NCBI GenBank assembly: GCA_045837725.1
Contig: JBEWZL010000100.1
Coordinates: forward strand, 1-60,346
Source: Vermamoeba vermiformis
Lineage: Eukaryota
DNA length: 60,346 bases
Reading direction: 5' to 3'
This document shows positions 12,825 through 25,941 of this stretch, in pieces. The notes beneath the pieces were generated by a model. It saw nothing but the letters and a program-made list of their open reading frames with translations. It was not told the DNA's origin and ran no database searches. The translations under genes were made by a program, and so were the position numbers. Every line of letters starts with the position of its first letter. Positions within the stretch are counted from its first letter, which is position 1.

Positions 12825-15800
12825 CTAATCCACAATCGACGCCAAGTACTTCAAAAACCTCTTTCGGTAAGGCTCCGGAGATATGGCGGAAATTTCTTTC
12901 TATAAAAGGAAGGCACCGTTAGATCCATGATATCTATTAATGCTATGAATAGCCATACCTTATTGTACAAGACGGACTTCAACACACTTTCACCTTTCTT
13001 TTTCAGATCGTACACAGTGAGTGTGTCAATGATACCAATGCAATAGACCTCGTTGCGATCACGAGTACCTGCTAATAATCCGCCACGATTCTGTTTGAAT
13101 ACAGATTTGTCGAGAGGACCTGGATCTGGTTGTTCTGCACATCCAAAAAAAAAACGTTAAGCACAACTCATATTTAAGCTATAATAATTGTTTCGTACCA
13201 CTTAGTTTCTTCTTATCTTCGTCAATTAAGAAACTAAATCCAACGAGCAAACTGTAGTCGCAAATATTCATACTTTCCATCCACTGTTCGAGGCACACTT
13301 TAGCACGTGATTTCCATATATGGTAATAACATTCATCGGACTTACCTTGCTGTCTATTTCAGCCTGTTCGAGCAGCATAGATTTCAATACAGGACCCAAT
13401 ACGATTCGTCGATGAAAGTCCAAATCTTTCAACGCAACATTGCTGTTCCAATCTTCTGACCGCACAGATCTGTTCACCGTGGAACCCTAAGACATATCGT
13501 TAGGACCCTAGTAAATATATCTATGTGTTGTAGGTGGAGGCTACCTTCAAATCGTATTGTTCATGAATGTCATATGGCGTATCAAACAGATTGGCCATCA
13601 CGACAAAATAGATCTCGGTCGGTTTGCCGACTTCTTTCTTGTTGCTCATGATCTGTTGTTTCAACTTGTGCAGACCATAGAATCGGGGTACTAATGTGTT
13701 CGGGTACCTATTGATGTGCTAAACAAGCCAAACATAATCAGATCCAATTTTTTTTTTACGCATCCGATTAAGACTTACGGTCCAATACTGCGGCAAAATC
13801 TTCTTCAAGAACTGATGTTCATCGGGCGGCAAGGTCTTAATGAAGTACTTCCCGTCTTCAGTTTTCAAAAAGAAACTGCCGCTGCGACCACTGGATGCGA
13901 TCTCTTCGAGCGAAGCGAATCTGCCAGTCAACAAGCTGCCCAACAGCCGCTCAACACTCAAGGTGTGCATGTATTCTTTTTGGTCCACGCCAAAGAATTC
14001 GCGGATCTTCCAGAACACAGCTGGCGCGACGTCAATAAAACTCCAGTTCTGCGTCTGTTCGCTCGTGGCCGTCAATGTCAAACGAGGCAGGGAGCTCGTG
14101 GCGTTAAAACTAACGATTGCCTTATTTAGTAATGATAGACTAATATGGTAATCGTGAATATCGTACCTCAAACTGCTGACTGGCTCTTCAATTTCTTCGC
14201 TGAAATGAATAATGTCGTGCAAGTAGTTCAGCTTCAACGTTTTCAATCGCTTGTTGATCTTGCTCAGCTAAAAATAGCATCGAGTTAGCACGTGTCGAGC
14301 TATTACCAAATATGGAAAGTGCGGCACATACCGATTTCGTGAATCCCAAGAGCATGTTCTGCGTTAGCTCCCATTGCTCGTGTCCAAAAGCTATGGCCAG
14401 GCCACGTCGTTTGGCATTTCTGAGCAGTTTTTCAGGCAACACTGCCTTATTAGTAAATCGACCGAGGCTTTGAACCACTTTGAAGTTTTGCGTCACGATC
14501 TGCGAGAACTGATCGAAGTTCAATTTGAGGACGGTAGAATTGGGCGGGAAAAACACTTCAGTGACATCTTTTAAGTGTTTCGTGCCGAGGTTGTACTTGT
14601 TCAGCGTGGATTCGATGGACTTCAAGAACATCGCCAAGTCATCTTTTGACACGAAGCCTTTGCCTTCACTGTCGAGCATCTTGAACGCCACTGTAAGAAC
14701 GGATTAGTTAGTGACGAGCGGTCCACACAAATGCGACATTGGTCTTACTTTGCAATTGTTCTTCAGCATTGCCACGTGTCAGAATGCTCAAGCTCGTGAT
14801 GAAGTCGTTCGAGTCCACAGATCCGTCACGCTCGACGTCAAAGGCCTTGAACAGCCTGCACGCAATGTACTCGTCGGCCAATAAGAACCCCAAGGCCTTC
14901 GTGAAGTCCGTCAAGTTGAGCGTCGTGTTCTTCTTGTTGATTTCAGAAAACTGATTCAATATGGACGTGTATTGCGAGGACGAGACTAAAGCACAATGTT
15001 AGCGTGTCATTCGCTGCGTTGTAAGATAAAACGTGGACTTACAATACATCAAGAACTTGTCTTTGAAGAGCTCCACGTTGTCATTGACGAATTCGACAAA
15101 ACTCTTGGGCTCGTTGCCGGTGATCTCCTGGTACAACGGCGACACAATGCTGTGCGTGTCAAACGCGTTCAAGGCTTTGAAAAGCTCGACCAACCGATCA
15201 ATTTTCCAATCCGTGTAATCCTCCCACTGTTTCGTGGCGTCTTGCTCGGTGTTGTTGGTTGAGTTAGGATTATTGCCCCAAGGAAGCAGAGTTGACAAGA
15301 TCCTTCGTCGTTGTTTGGTCTCGTACTCGTCGATGGCTGGATGAATGCCGTCAGATGAACTGTTCGAGGATGAAACTACCAGACTGCCAATCGTCGTCAG
15401 CCCACTCTGTATCACTGACATTACTGGCGAGGCCTCTTTCTGCATGTCTAGCACCTCCCTAATATGGAATGTGAGCAATGACATTCACTCAAAACACAAT
15501 AAAAATGAGTGTGAGTCTTGACCAGATCCAAAAATCAATGACTTGAAAAGCGGTCAGAAGCTCTTAAGACCGCTATATTATCACGAATAAAGCTCGTTGG
15601 CGTGATTTTTGACTTACTTTTTGAGTGCCATGAGATACTCTTTGTATTGACTCATTTCGAGCTCTTCGAAAAACGTCTCGGAATTCAATTCGCCAGCGAA
15701 GATTTGACTCACTTCTTCACAGCTCAGAGCTTCAGGACCGCTCACGTAATACATCTTGCGGTAATGCTCCGCTTCCGTAGCCCGAGGACAGCCTAAATAT

Positions 15801-18800
15801 AGCACATTAATAAATTACATAAAGTGCAATCAATAACGTACTCGTCACTAATGCAACCATTCGCGCTACATCGTGCACATCGACCCACGCATACTTTTTG
15901 TCGCGCGGCAATGGCAGTCTGAAGCACGAATCTTTTTTGATGCGGATGAACGGCTCTTTGAATAGCTGCATGATAGCGCCGTTGCTGCGAATAAACGTGA
16001 ACGGCATTGCTGTCCAACAAAATATCTTTAGTACCGTGAAAAAAACTGCGTCCATAGGCCAAGTTTCCAATACTAGGAGATGCCTATATGACTACTTACG
16101 TGCTTCTTCGACGAATGTTTGTACAGTTTTGTTGCAGCAAGACAAGAAATCATTGCCCTCGCTCAAGGTCGTAGTCACGGCAGATCACCTGCCGTAGTTG
16201 CGGTGGCGAGCATTCGACGAGTGCTTGAACCTAATTAGTCAAATGTTAGCAAAACTGACTATAACGAGAAGATATCGCAGAGAAAAAGGTTTTTCGGAGT
16301 TTCTAACGAGCTAAATTTGGCAGCAATTTAAAACTTTTCTCTTGAATGTACGGGGAAATGTCTTCGCCCGAAACATGTTTAAGTTACGGGATAAATGGTA
16401 TTATACCTGATTAATGGTATTCGAGTCTACTTCGCACGCTAATATAACGAGCTTGTCCATTTGTTTGAGCAGATCTGTCAGCTCTTCTTTTGACTTCGGG
16501 TCCTTGATATTGTAGATGTCTATATTGAGCGCCCTGTGGAATAAATAGCATGAGTATATGTCCTAACGTACACGTGTCACAAAATGCATCAACCAGGGCT
16601 AGCACGTGATTCACAGAATAAATTTTGATTTTTTTAATTGGGCATTTTCAATCAAAACAGCATGAAACAAACATCTAAATCATGATGCCAGGCAAAGGAT
16701 CAAACGAGAAGTCATTAGAATTACATATACAGTCAAAAGATAAGATAAGAGACGTAAAGAAGAAAATTCAGAAACAGACTGGCGTCGATGTGAAGCAACA
16801 AAAATTACTCTTTAAAGGAGAAGAATTAAATAATGATAAAACTGTTGGAGAATATGATATAGATGTCGCATCCAATTTGTTTCTTGTAATTTCTCGTAAG
16901 AATGTACATTAGTCTAGTTTAGGTTTTTCAAGTAAAAGTCTTATTAAAAGATATCGGGTGCGGTCAAATCTGATAAGATAAGTACTTACTTCATTTTTTC
17001 AATCGATGGCAATGGTCCGTGAGCGTTTTGGAACATTACCCAACGAATGTTCGCATCCGCATTCGATCGAAGAAGGTTAACCGTGGATTCAAACAACTCG
17101 CGATTGATGTTACCAGTAGGAGTGAAGATAGCAACTCGAACTTTCTAAACATGATAGCAAATTAGAGATATTCAAACATTCTGACAAACAAATCCGAATC
17201 TCACCTTGTAAACATCATTCCATAATTTTTCTAATAGCTTAAATACAGCTGATCGATTGCCAAACGATGAGAATACGTACTACGTAAATAATAAGTTTAG
17301 TGATTGAAGCAGCAATAAATTCCCTGAACCACTGAAAATTCTGATCGAAACTTGAGAAACAGATCAAAACGAAATTACACGGACCACCAGCATAAACGCT
17401 GTTGTTAAATTATAATGTGTAATAAAAAATATGCAATTTGCACGAGAACAAGTTATTTTGGCTTACGGATTCGTTTGGCAGTTCAATGACGATCGCCTTC
17501 TTGCTGGACTCCTTTATGGACTTGATATTTTCGAAAGATATTAATTTCTGTGCGGATATATGACAGTTAGTAGTCTATTAATAGGATTGTTAGCATTTAA
17601 AACATACAACAAGGCCAGATCCGTTGTCGAACCCGATATGAAAGCGGGAGGTATAGAGCTTGCCTTTAGGACTCAAGGTCCTGTCACCAAACTTGCATGA
17701 AAAGACTATAAAGAACTGCGTTAATAAGTTCCCTAAAGCAATCGAGATCTATCGTCAAAGTGAAGTTCAATTTCGTTTGACCTGGCGGTTAATTTTTCCG
17801 TATTTTCTGACACTTGATAGTACTTACATGCAACGATAGCTTCGGTTTCAGGTAAATTAAAGGTCTTTCTGAATTTCTTATTTTCTTTCGGATATTTCAA
17901 GGCGCCTAGCATGTGCTGGATCGGCTCACCGAGGACCATTAACGGTACGTTAATACCTTTCGATGCATGAAGATGCTTTAAGACTGCTAGTGTTCCTTCT
18001 AGCTCTTCTTCGCGGGCAAAGACAAACTTTTGCTTGCCAGCCGTTATGATCAGCTTATTGAACTGAAGAAAGACTTTCTGATGCTTGAAGTTTGTGACAT
18101 CGAAGAGCGATATTTTCTATATTATTAACCATTGTTAGCAATGTACAGGTAAGTCTTCAAATAAAAGACAATATTTGCTACTCGCTTCAGAAAACTCGAT
18201 AATAAATTTGATATAAGCTATTTAGCTGTACAATATAATAATATATAAATATACGTACCAAGTGGACCTTGTCGTCTGCTGAAAGAAAGGTCAAGAAGTG
18301 TTGCCAAATACAAAGATCTCCTTCGGCATCCACTGTCAGTTTCTTAGTTTCTTCTCCTTCGAAAAGGATCTTGATAACTATAATAAGAAGCAATTAATAA
18401 TGAATCTTATTTTTTCTTCCAGATCTGTAGTGGATCTTACCTTCAACCAACTGATCGTTGCCGTTCAAGTGGAAGTACTGGATATGTCGCTGTTTAATCC
18501 TAGACTCAGCAGTAGGCGTCATCAACGTCATTTTAGGGTCGTTGTTATTTACATTCTCGTTGTTGAAGCTCGTACTGTCTTCAGTATCCTCGCCACTCTC
18601 GCTGTCATTGTACGTAGCCGCTACACATCGATTAATTCCAAACATCAATTACTATCTAGTTGTACTTACATCTTCTATAATCTAAGCTTGTAGAAGATGA
18701 ATTTGAGTCGGTTCGAGGTCGATGTCGGACCGCATCCAACTGGTCGTTTTTCAGTTCACTCGAGCCGTGAGATCCGTCTGTAATAACACGCCATTAATAT

Positions 18801-21086
18801 ATACGGTACTAGGCCTCACTGCAATGGTATTCATAAAGAAGGTGTGTCTAAATACTGCAATGGACTTACGAGGCATGCGATACATCTTGATGACACGCAC
18901 TACATCCGCATTGCTTGCGACGTCTAGTGCTGTGCCACGCTTGCCGCGTCTGTGCTTGTCAGCTTTGTTGGCCAACAACAGCTTAATAACTTCAATGTGG
19001 CCTCCACGTGCTGCATAATGGAGCGGTGTCTCACCATTTCTAAATAAGGAAAGTCAGATCCAACCATCAAAAATCACTAAAACAGCGAGAAATACGTACT
19101 TTGTAACAGCGTTGATTTCAGCACGGTGCTTGATCAAAATATCAACTGCTGCGAGATTTCCTCGTTGTGCGGCTTCGTGCAGTGCTGTTTGTCCGTAATT
19201 ATTTTTCAAATTAATATCGAGCCGTTTTTCCATTAACATCGAGACGATGTCACTCAACGTGTCTTTTTCTTTCTGTTGATTAATACTACAAATGCAAAAA
19301 TGAGTTGAGGCACGAGGACTTGTCTAACTGAGTGTAACTTACAAGTTTCTGAAACAATAGTGCAAAATTCCACTGCCATCGGGAGTGACGCAGTTGACTT
19401 CTATCGTTGGTCTGGAAATCAGAATTTTCAACAGATCGAAATATCCATAGGCCGCTGCCAATAGTGCTGGTGTCCACTTCGAATCGTTTCGTGCGTTCAA
19501 TAGTGATTCGTCGTCTTGAATAAAAAACACGACTCTATCCGACTGATTTTTTGTAACGGCATCGTGTATCGTGAATTTCGTTCCAAAACTTCATTTCGGG
19601 TCGTTAGTAATGTCAAGTCAAAAAAAAAAACAAATAATACGTACGTTGATTTATCCATGATGGCCGAAGAGATTAAGCTCAGTCTTGGCGGACTCATTGG
19701 TGGTGAATTGCTAGGCGAAGGAACGTACGTGGCCTTCTTAGCCTTCCTGTATAGCTTCAACATGTTGACAATGTGCGTGTCTCCAATCTGATTAGCGAGT
19801 TCTAGTGGTGTGCCTTCCTCGCCTTCCGCTGTTAAATCGACACCTTTTTCGACGAGAAATTCCGCGAGATCAAAATTTTTGGCTCGAATTGCAAAATGAA
19901 GGACATTGTCGCCCGACCTAAAAGCATTGTTAATAAGCTTAGCTACGAGATATGTCATCTATAATACGTACAGTGTTTTGATGTGCAAGTCAGCTCCAAG
20001 TGCCAAAAGTGCTTTGACAGTTTTGAGCGGTGCGTGCAGACATGCTTCGTGAATTGGAGCCTAGTTAAATATATTACGTTAATAAAACTCTCAAGGATGA
20101 AATATGACACGTGTCAAAGAGAGTCTCGTACCTCGCCCTTCATCGCTTGCGCGTTGATATCAGCACCACGGTCCATCAACAACTTGATCACGTCATTAAA
20201 CCTCCCTTCATCTTCATCTTTGTGTGGCCACCTAATATAATAACAACACATTAGTATAAATGAAAATAGCGAAAAGAACTCGTAATATTTTTTCTACGGA
20301 GTGAAAAATGTTTGGCATGCGAGATCCCTACCTGGCCAAGAAGTGCATCGCAGTGAAATTCTTGTCGGTCAAACAACACACGTGCGAATTGCCGTCGCGG
20401 ACGAGTATTTCAATGCACTTGAAGTGCTGGCCAAATGCGGCGCAATGTAACGGCGTCCAATTGTTGTTATCTCGCGTGTTCACTTCGGGATCCAACTGCA
20501 CGAATTTAAATTGGGATTAATATTTACATTTGCAAATATGACACTATATATAGCAGTGCCTTATATTACCTTCTTTTCGCCTTTTTTAGAATTATTTCGG
20601 TCTACTAATGTCAACACAAATTTTAACAGATCTGGTTGGCCTGCACCAGCTATAATATGAAGCGGAACTTGTCCCTGTAATACAACATATTATTAATGCT
20701 ATTTTTATACTAGATTGATTTGTTATGCAACAGCGGAAAAACTTTTTGGGCGTTAGATCTGGACCACCAAAAAATTTTGTTAGATTTATATTATAGCTTA
20801 CCTTATCATCTATAATCGAAAGTGAGTCGGGATTTTTCTCTATAAATTGCTCAGCTTCAGTCCATCGATTGTTTTGACGTAACATATCGTGGATCTCGAG
20901 GCTTTTTGCCGCCAAATATTGATTTTGAAAGAAACAATAGAGATAGCTGTCTCTATTAAATACGACCTTGTTACTATTCATCTTGTCTTTGGTTTCTTCG
21001 AGAGTTTTCAATTCTACATCTAATTTTGTCGTTATTTGATTGTAGTCATGTTGGATCGCGTTCAACGAAACTGCATGAGCAATCAT
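12825..21086 (-). CDS. Multidomain phosphatidylinositol-phosphate kinase: ankyrin repeats - 2x GRAM-like - NmrA-like Rossmann - EF-hands - PIP5K
   Basis: Phase-compatible GT-AG exon chain: ANK (GQTALHEAA, WTPALLAA, GDNVLHFA); GRAM (KFRKTFNLPETEAIV...GKLY...YVFSSF); NmrA (KVRVAIFTPTGNIN, PFTFIRSN, WVDVHDVARMVA, YYVSGPEALS); EF-hands (FDVERDGSVD, LDSEGKGFVSKDDL); PIP5K (SSGRSGSFF...KYFIKT, YDLKGS, DYSLLVG, IGIIDTL, ISAISPEPYRKRF). Needs one +1 frameshift near 16180. The start codon is uncertain. Confidence 0.75.
16682..16912 (+). CDS. Small ubiquitin-like (UBL) domain protein, intronless, nested antisense in an intron of the PIP5K gene
   Basis: LELHIQSKDKIRDVKKKIQKQTGVDVKQQKLLFKGEELNNDKTVGEYDI..SNLFLV aligns with the ubiquitin fold. 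No C-terminal GG. Confidence 0.75.
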   Translation: MMPGKGSNEKSLELHIQSKDKIRDVKKKIQKQTGVDVKQQKLLFKGEELNNDKTVGEYDIDVASNLFLVISRKNVH

Positions 21087-22087
21087 CCATTTGTTGTTAT
21101 ACACTATTCTGTATTCTTTATCATCTGAGGCTATATTAAAAAATAAAATGAGTCACCTGCCGTTGTTTCTCATTGCGCAGCCATTAAAAAAATATTAAAT
21201 TTATTTGAAAAAATCTGACGGTAGTATATAATGTAAATATCGATATAATAACAATGATTGATATGGATTAAAATATATTCCAGTGTATACAGCGGTTATA
21301 TTCAAATTTGAATGCAGATGTCAAATATTTTTTAGCAATTTACTTGTTGAATATTATTTAACGAGAATTATGATCAAATAATGATACATGAGCACTATGT
21401 ATTTTAAATATTACTTAATGCAAATATAATCTTGATTTTGAAAGTCAACACCAAATCTACTTTTTCGATAGACCAATTACTTACCGTTACGTTCAATAGC
21501 TAAATCATCCAAATCAATCTCGCGGATCCATTTAATTTTTTTATCATCTTCAACTGCTATTGGCTCGCACAAAGGCATTCTAACAACTTGATCGAAGAGT
21601 CAACAGTTAGTTCTTTGCCTGATCCGCCGTTCAAGGTCGTTTCATTAATTGTAAGTAATAAATAGCCTAGTGTGTTATATGAGTGAACTATGGGACAAAA
21701 AAGAGCGCATCCGTAACAACAAATTTTTGTCCTGTATTGTGAACTTTCCAACACTTCATACACAACCCGATGAGTATATAGGAGCATTAGCTGAATAGAG
21801 TGCATCCAAGATTGCTATATAGAAACAATTACTGTTGATTACGATATCCGGTCCGGTAAGCCAATCCGCCTGCGCAATCTCGTCAATAGCGTTTATCTTT
21901 GTGTTAGATCCAAAAGTAATAATTATTTTGACGTACATGAATTGAAAATATATAGCTACTATCCTCTAAATATATATTTAATTACAATTAAAAAACTCTG
22001 GATGCTCCCTCGTATCCTAAGGAAAGGGCATTCGTTACAAAGTATTTTTAGATTTATCTACATATTTTACATAATAGTTTTTTATCA

Positions 22088-24317
22088 TTAAACAACTTGT
22101 ACGGTGGATGGAGGCGCACTCATAGTTTGGCGCGTCGAATCGTCCTTAGAGCTAGTCGCGTGAACACTACCGACTGACCTACGCGAGGTCGATGATGAGT
22201 TCTTGGGCAATTGGAAGGCTAATATATTCATAAGAGACGCGCAATCAACAATGACGATGAAGATCCACCAGATGACGACAAAAGCTACGGTAATACTAAT
22301 TAGCCAAATTGCTCCATAAATTATAATGGTAACACTTACGAACAGGTCGATAAGGCAAACCAGTCACGAACAAGATGGCCACAATCACAAAACTAAAAAT
22401 GAAGGCACCACTCGTCAAAATTCTGATCGTGCTCTACAAAGTAATTTAATTAATATTTATATTAATATTATAATACTAGCTGTATTTATCTTTACCTTTT
22501 TTAGGCTCATTGCTCGTCCAGACTTTTTTCTGTCGTACAACCGTTTGAGCAATTTTACGCCGGTAATGGTGTAAAAAATGACCAAGCCAAGCGCGGCAAT
22601 TAAATATATAATAGCTGCAATATTAAGGTTAGATTAATACCGTAGAAAAGTAAGAAATAACATCACGTACATGTCATAATGCTCAAATTGACCTCGGTTG
22701 TAGTGGCATTTCGGACGATGGTTCTGATGACCTGAATGAGCACCATAGCCCCGGATATAGCAAAGAACGGTATTCTCATCCGCGTAATGAACGGGTGCAC
22801 CACGACAGAGGCATTGGTCATCATCTCGTGCCAGTACAATGTGAACAACATGAACGAGGCCAACGCGAAGGGGAAACTTTGCTCGATAAATGCAATGTTA
22901 GCCCATTCCGGATAGACTCCTGTCGCACCAAATGCATCAATGCTCGCCACCACTCGCACTACAGTACGGTCAGTAACGTAAAATATGACATGCGACGAGT
23001 AGAAGGGCACGAACTTACGCGCATTTGAAATCAGTTCAATGCTCAGGACGTAGATAGCGATGGTGACTTTGACTTCCTTATAGTAATGAGTGAACAGCAC
23101 GAGCTTCCAAATGCAGAGCGCGACGTTAGTGGCTGCGAACACGCACAATGTAACTGCGATGGTGAATCAATGGGTTAGCGTCATGTCTCGTCACTTGCTT
23201 TTGTACAAAGTACATACCAACCCATGCGTAGTTCAAGGGGTTGTCGAGCACTATCTCCCATTGATTAGGCACCTCTGACAAACATTACTGTAAGTAAAAA
23301 TCGTTGACACGTGTCATCGTTAAAGTGTCAACAGTTTTAGTTGAAATAACTTAAATTAATTGTTAATTCTTACCGTCAGGCATGATAGTAATATTAACTA
23401 CTTCGTTGTTCAAGAGTAAAGGCCACAGAATTTTTCCGTCATCAATTGCAACCTCGAACATTGGCACGGTAATCCTCGAACTCAGAGCTCGGTCGTTCAT
23501 GCGATAGGTCAAGTATCCAGGTACGTCTTTAATTTAAATGTCTAAATTAGTTCATTAAATTTAATTTGTTAAATTGCTTCTGGATCCGCATCCGCAACTA
23601 CCTTTTTTGACAACAGGCTATTTAACCGCTTTTAAGTTAACTAATTACTTACAGTATACTGGAGTAATATTTATGACCGCTTTAACTCCATTTTTCTCCG
23701 CTTCCGCGACTCTTTGTTCGATCGGCAGACTCGATCTGAGTACCCAAATGGCATCCAAAACATTTGATGCGTTATTTGTGGCGTATGAGGTTATGTTACT
23801 AGTAATTGGTAGTGAGGGATTGCCTATATTTGATTCATTAGTATTCGTTGACAAGTCCGGTAACGAAAGAAATTTACAATATTGAAAAAACGACAAAATG
23901 TGTTTAAAAAGTTCTAATTTAGACTAAAAATAATTTAAATATTAAGTTCGAGACAGTATATAACCTCAAGAAGGTTATAATTCAAAGTCCGGTTGTGTGA
24001 GTCCAAAATCTCGTACACAATAGGTTGGATTCACTAACAATTGAATTGAAGACTATAATAAACAAAATAGTATTCTCGCTTATAAATTAGCAACGTTTGT
24101 AATTGACGGATTAAAAATTCTAATTAAAGGTCATGAATGTCCTTAGCTATCGCCAAAACTAAATAACGCTCTTACCTTTGTAAATAACTTGAATAGACTG
24201 TAACGTATAAATAGAGCCATTATTCGTTTGAACGACGAGATTTGCGGTTGTTGAAGGCGTTTGGATGGACAACAAAAAAACAATTGTTATGAGCGAGGAC
24301 AAGGCTATCGTCCTCAT
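22088..24317 (-). CDS. Membrane protein with signal peptide, PA-like domain and about 7 TM helices (paralog 2)
   Basis: ATG 24317 MRTIALSSLITIVFLLSI (signal peptide). EQRVAEAEKNGVKAVINI...PGY...ITVPMFEV is a PA-domain pattern. Multiple TM helices including LYWHEMM, then a Ser-rich tail to TAA 22088. Confidence 0.75.
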
Positions 24318-24891
24318 ATTAGGCGTCTATATTAATATTTATTAGTACTTTTCCTTATTAAATAGCGTGGAATTGCGGAATTGATTACTTTCAATCACAT
24401 CCGGATGTAGGTGTGGATACTTTAACGATTTTATATTTGGCAGTACTTACGTTGTGTATGATTGAAGGTGGAGTTAATAACTGACGAAATTGACCGACAA
24501 GTACCAAATTGCGCTTGTCGCGAAAATTTTTACTCTGACAGCTGAGATTTTTCGAGATATAGTTTAGTCTATTTTTAACTCTTATTACTTAATGATTATG
24601 ACCATAAATGGTAGAGTTTACGAATAAAAGCGATTTGAATGCACTGATTCATTTGGAAGATCCAATACTATCGAGCCTCAGTGGATTGCTGCAGATCAGC
24701 TAGTGAATAGCACGTCTTCTACTGTAATAAAAAAGTTTAAGCTACCTTTTAGGGTAATCTGGTGCGGGAAAAGCCAGTCTGACAGCGACGCGTTAATAAA
24801 TTTAAGTTAATTTAATTTACTGTTTTTTTAAAGCGACAGAGTAACACAACAGAGCAATAATTTTTGTATCAAAGTCTTATAATTTATCACA

Positions 24892-25941
24892 ATGAGCATA
24901 TTAGTGGTGTTTGACTACGACTGGTAAGCTAGTTCATTGACTAACGCCTAGGAATCCATTATCAGCTTTTCTTACTGTCGTATTCCTTTAGGTCTCTGCT
25001 TATCGATAGAAATTCAGACATATATATTTTCGACAAATTAGCGCCTGATATTTCGAAAAATATTGGCGAATTAAGGAAAGAGATGCAGTGGACAAATTTA
25101 ATGGTAAACCAATTAGCCAAAATAAATGCAGTAATTAATGATAAAAATAATATGAATATTTATATTAATTTTGTGTTATTTATAATGCAGGATCATTTAG
25201 TTGGACGATTATTTGAACGAGGGATCACACGTGCACACATTGAACGAATTTTCAGAGAGGTCAAATTAGTATGTATAATTACCATTACTACTATATACTC
25301 AAAATATATCATTGATTAATTTAAGAGATTTTTTGTTGAAGATCTGGATCTAACGGTCAACTTTTATTTTTATTAGGACGAGAATATAGTCGCTATAATT
25401 AAGACTTTATCACTTAAATCACCTCCTATTGAGTTCAAAATACTATCAGATGCAAATACAGAGTATATTCAGCTCATTAACGATGCCAATGAAATTTCAT
25501 CCTGTTTCAGTGAAACAATTACAAATCATGCGCATTGGGACGAGCAAGGTCGATTGCATATTACGCCCTATCAAGATGCAAATGAGCCACATCATTGCAA
25601 GCATTGTCCAGTGAATTTATGCAAAGGCAAAGAATTGAAAAAAATGCTAGCGAATAAGAAATTCGACCACGTTATTTATATTGGCGATGGACACGGTGAT
25701 TATTGCCCGTGCTTACACTTACAAAGGTAATATAATATTATTATACAAATACTGTTTTATCTAACTTAATTTTTTCCGTTCAAGTTCGGATGCGATCTTG
25801 GCGCGAAAAGATTGGTCGTTACATAAGACTTTAATAAAGTCTACGGAGCCTATTAATGCCCCAATATTCACCTGGGAGAGCGGACCTGATCTGGCGCAGC
25901 ATATTGAACGATTAGTAGTGTCTTATAGTTTGCATCCATAA
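24892..25941 (+). CDS. PHOSPHO1/PHOSPHO2-like HAD phosphatase
   Basis: MSILVVFDYDW-SL (motif I DxD), ILSDANTEYI (motif II), CKHCPVNLCKG, VIYIGDGHGDYCP (motif IV). GT-AG exons. Confidence 0.9.

Noticed and set aside
21131-21184. In-frame TGA in a putative first exon (MAAQ*ETTA) suggesting selenocysteine or readthrough
   Set aside because: It needs an atypically short 26-nt intron, and there is no other evidence of TGA recoding in the window. A downstream ATG (21086) is simpler.
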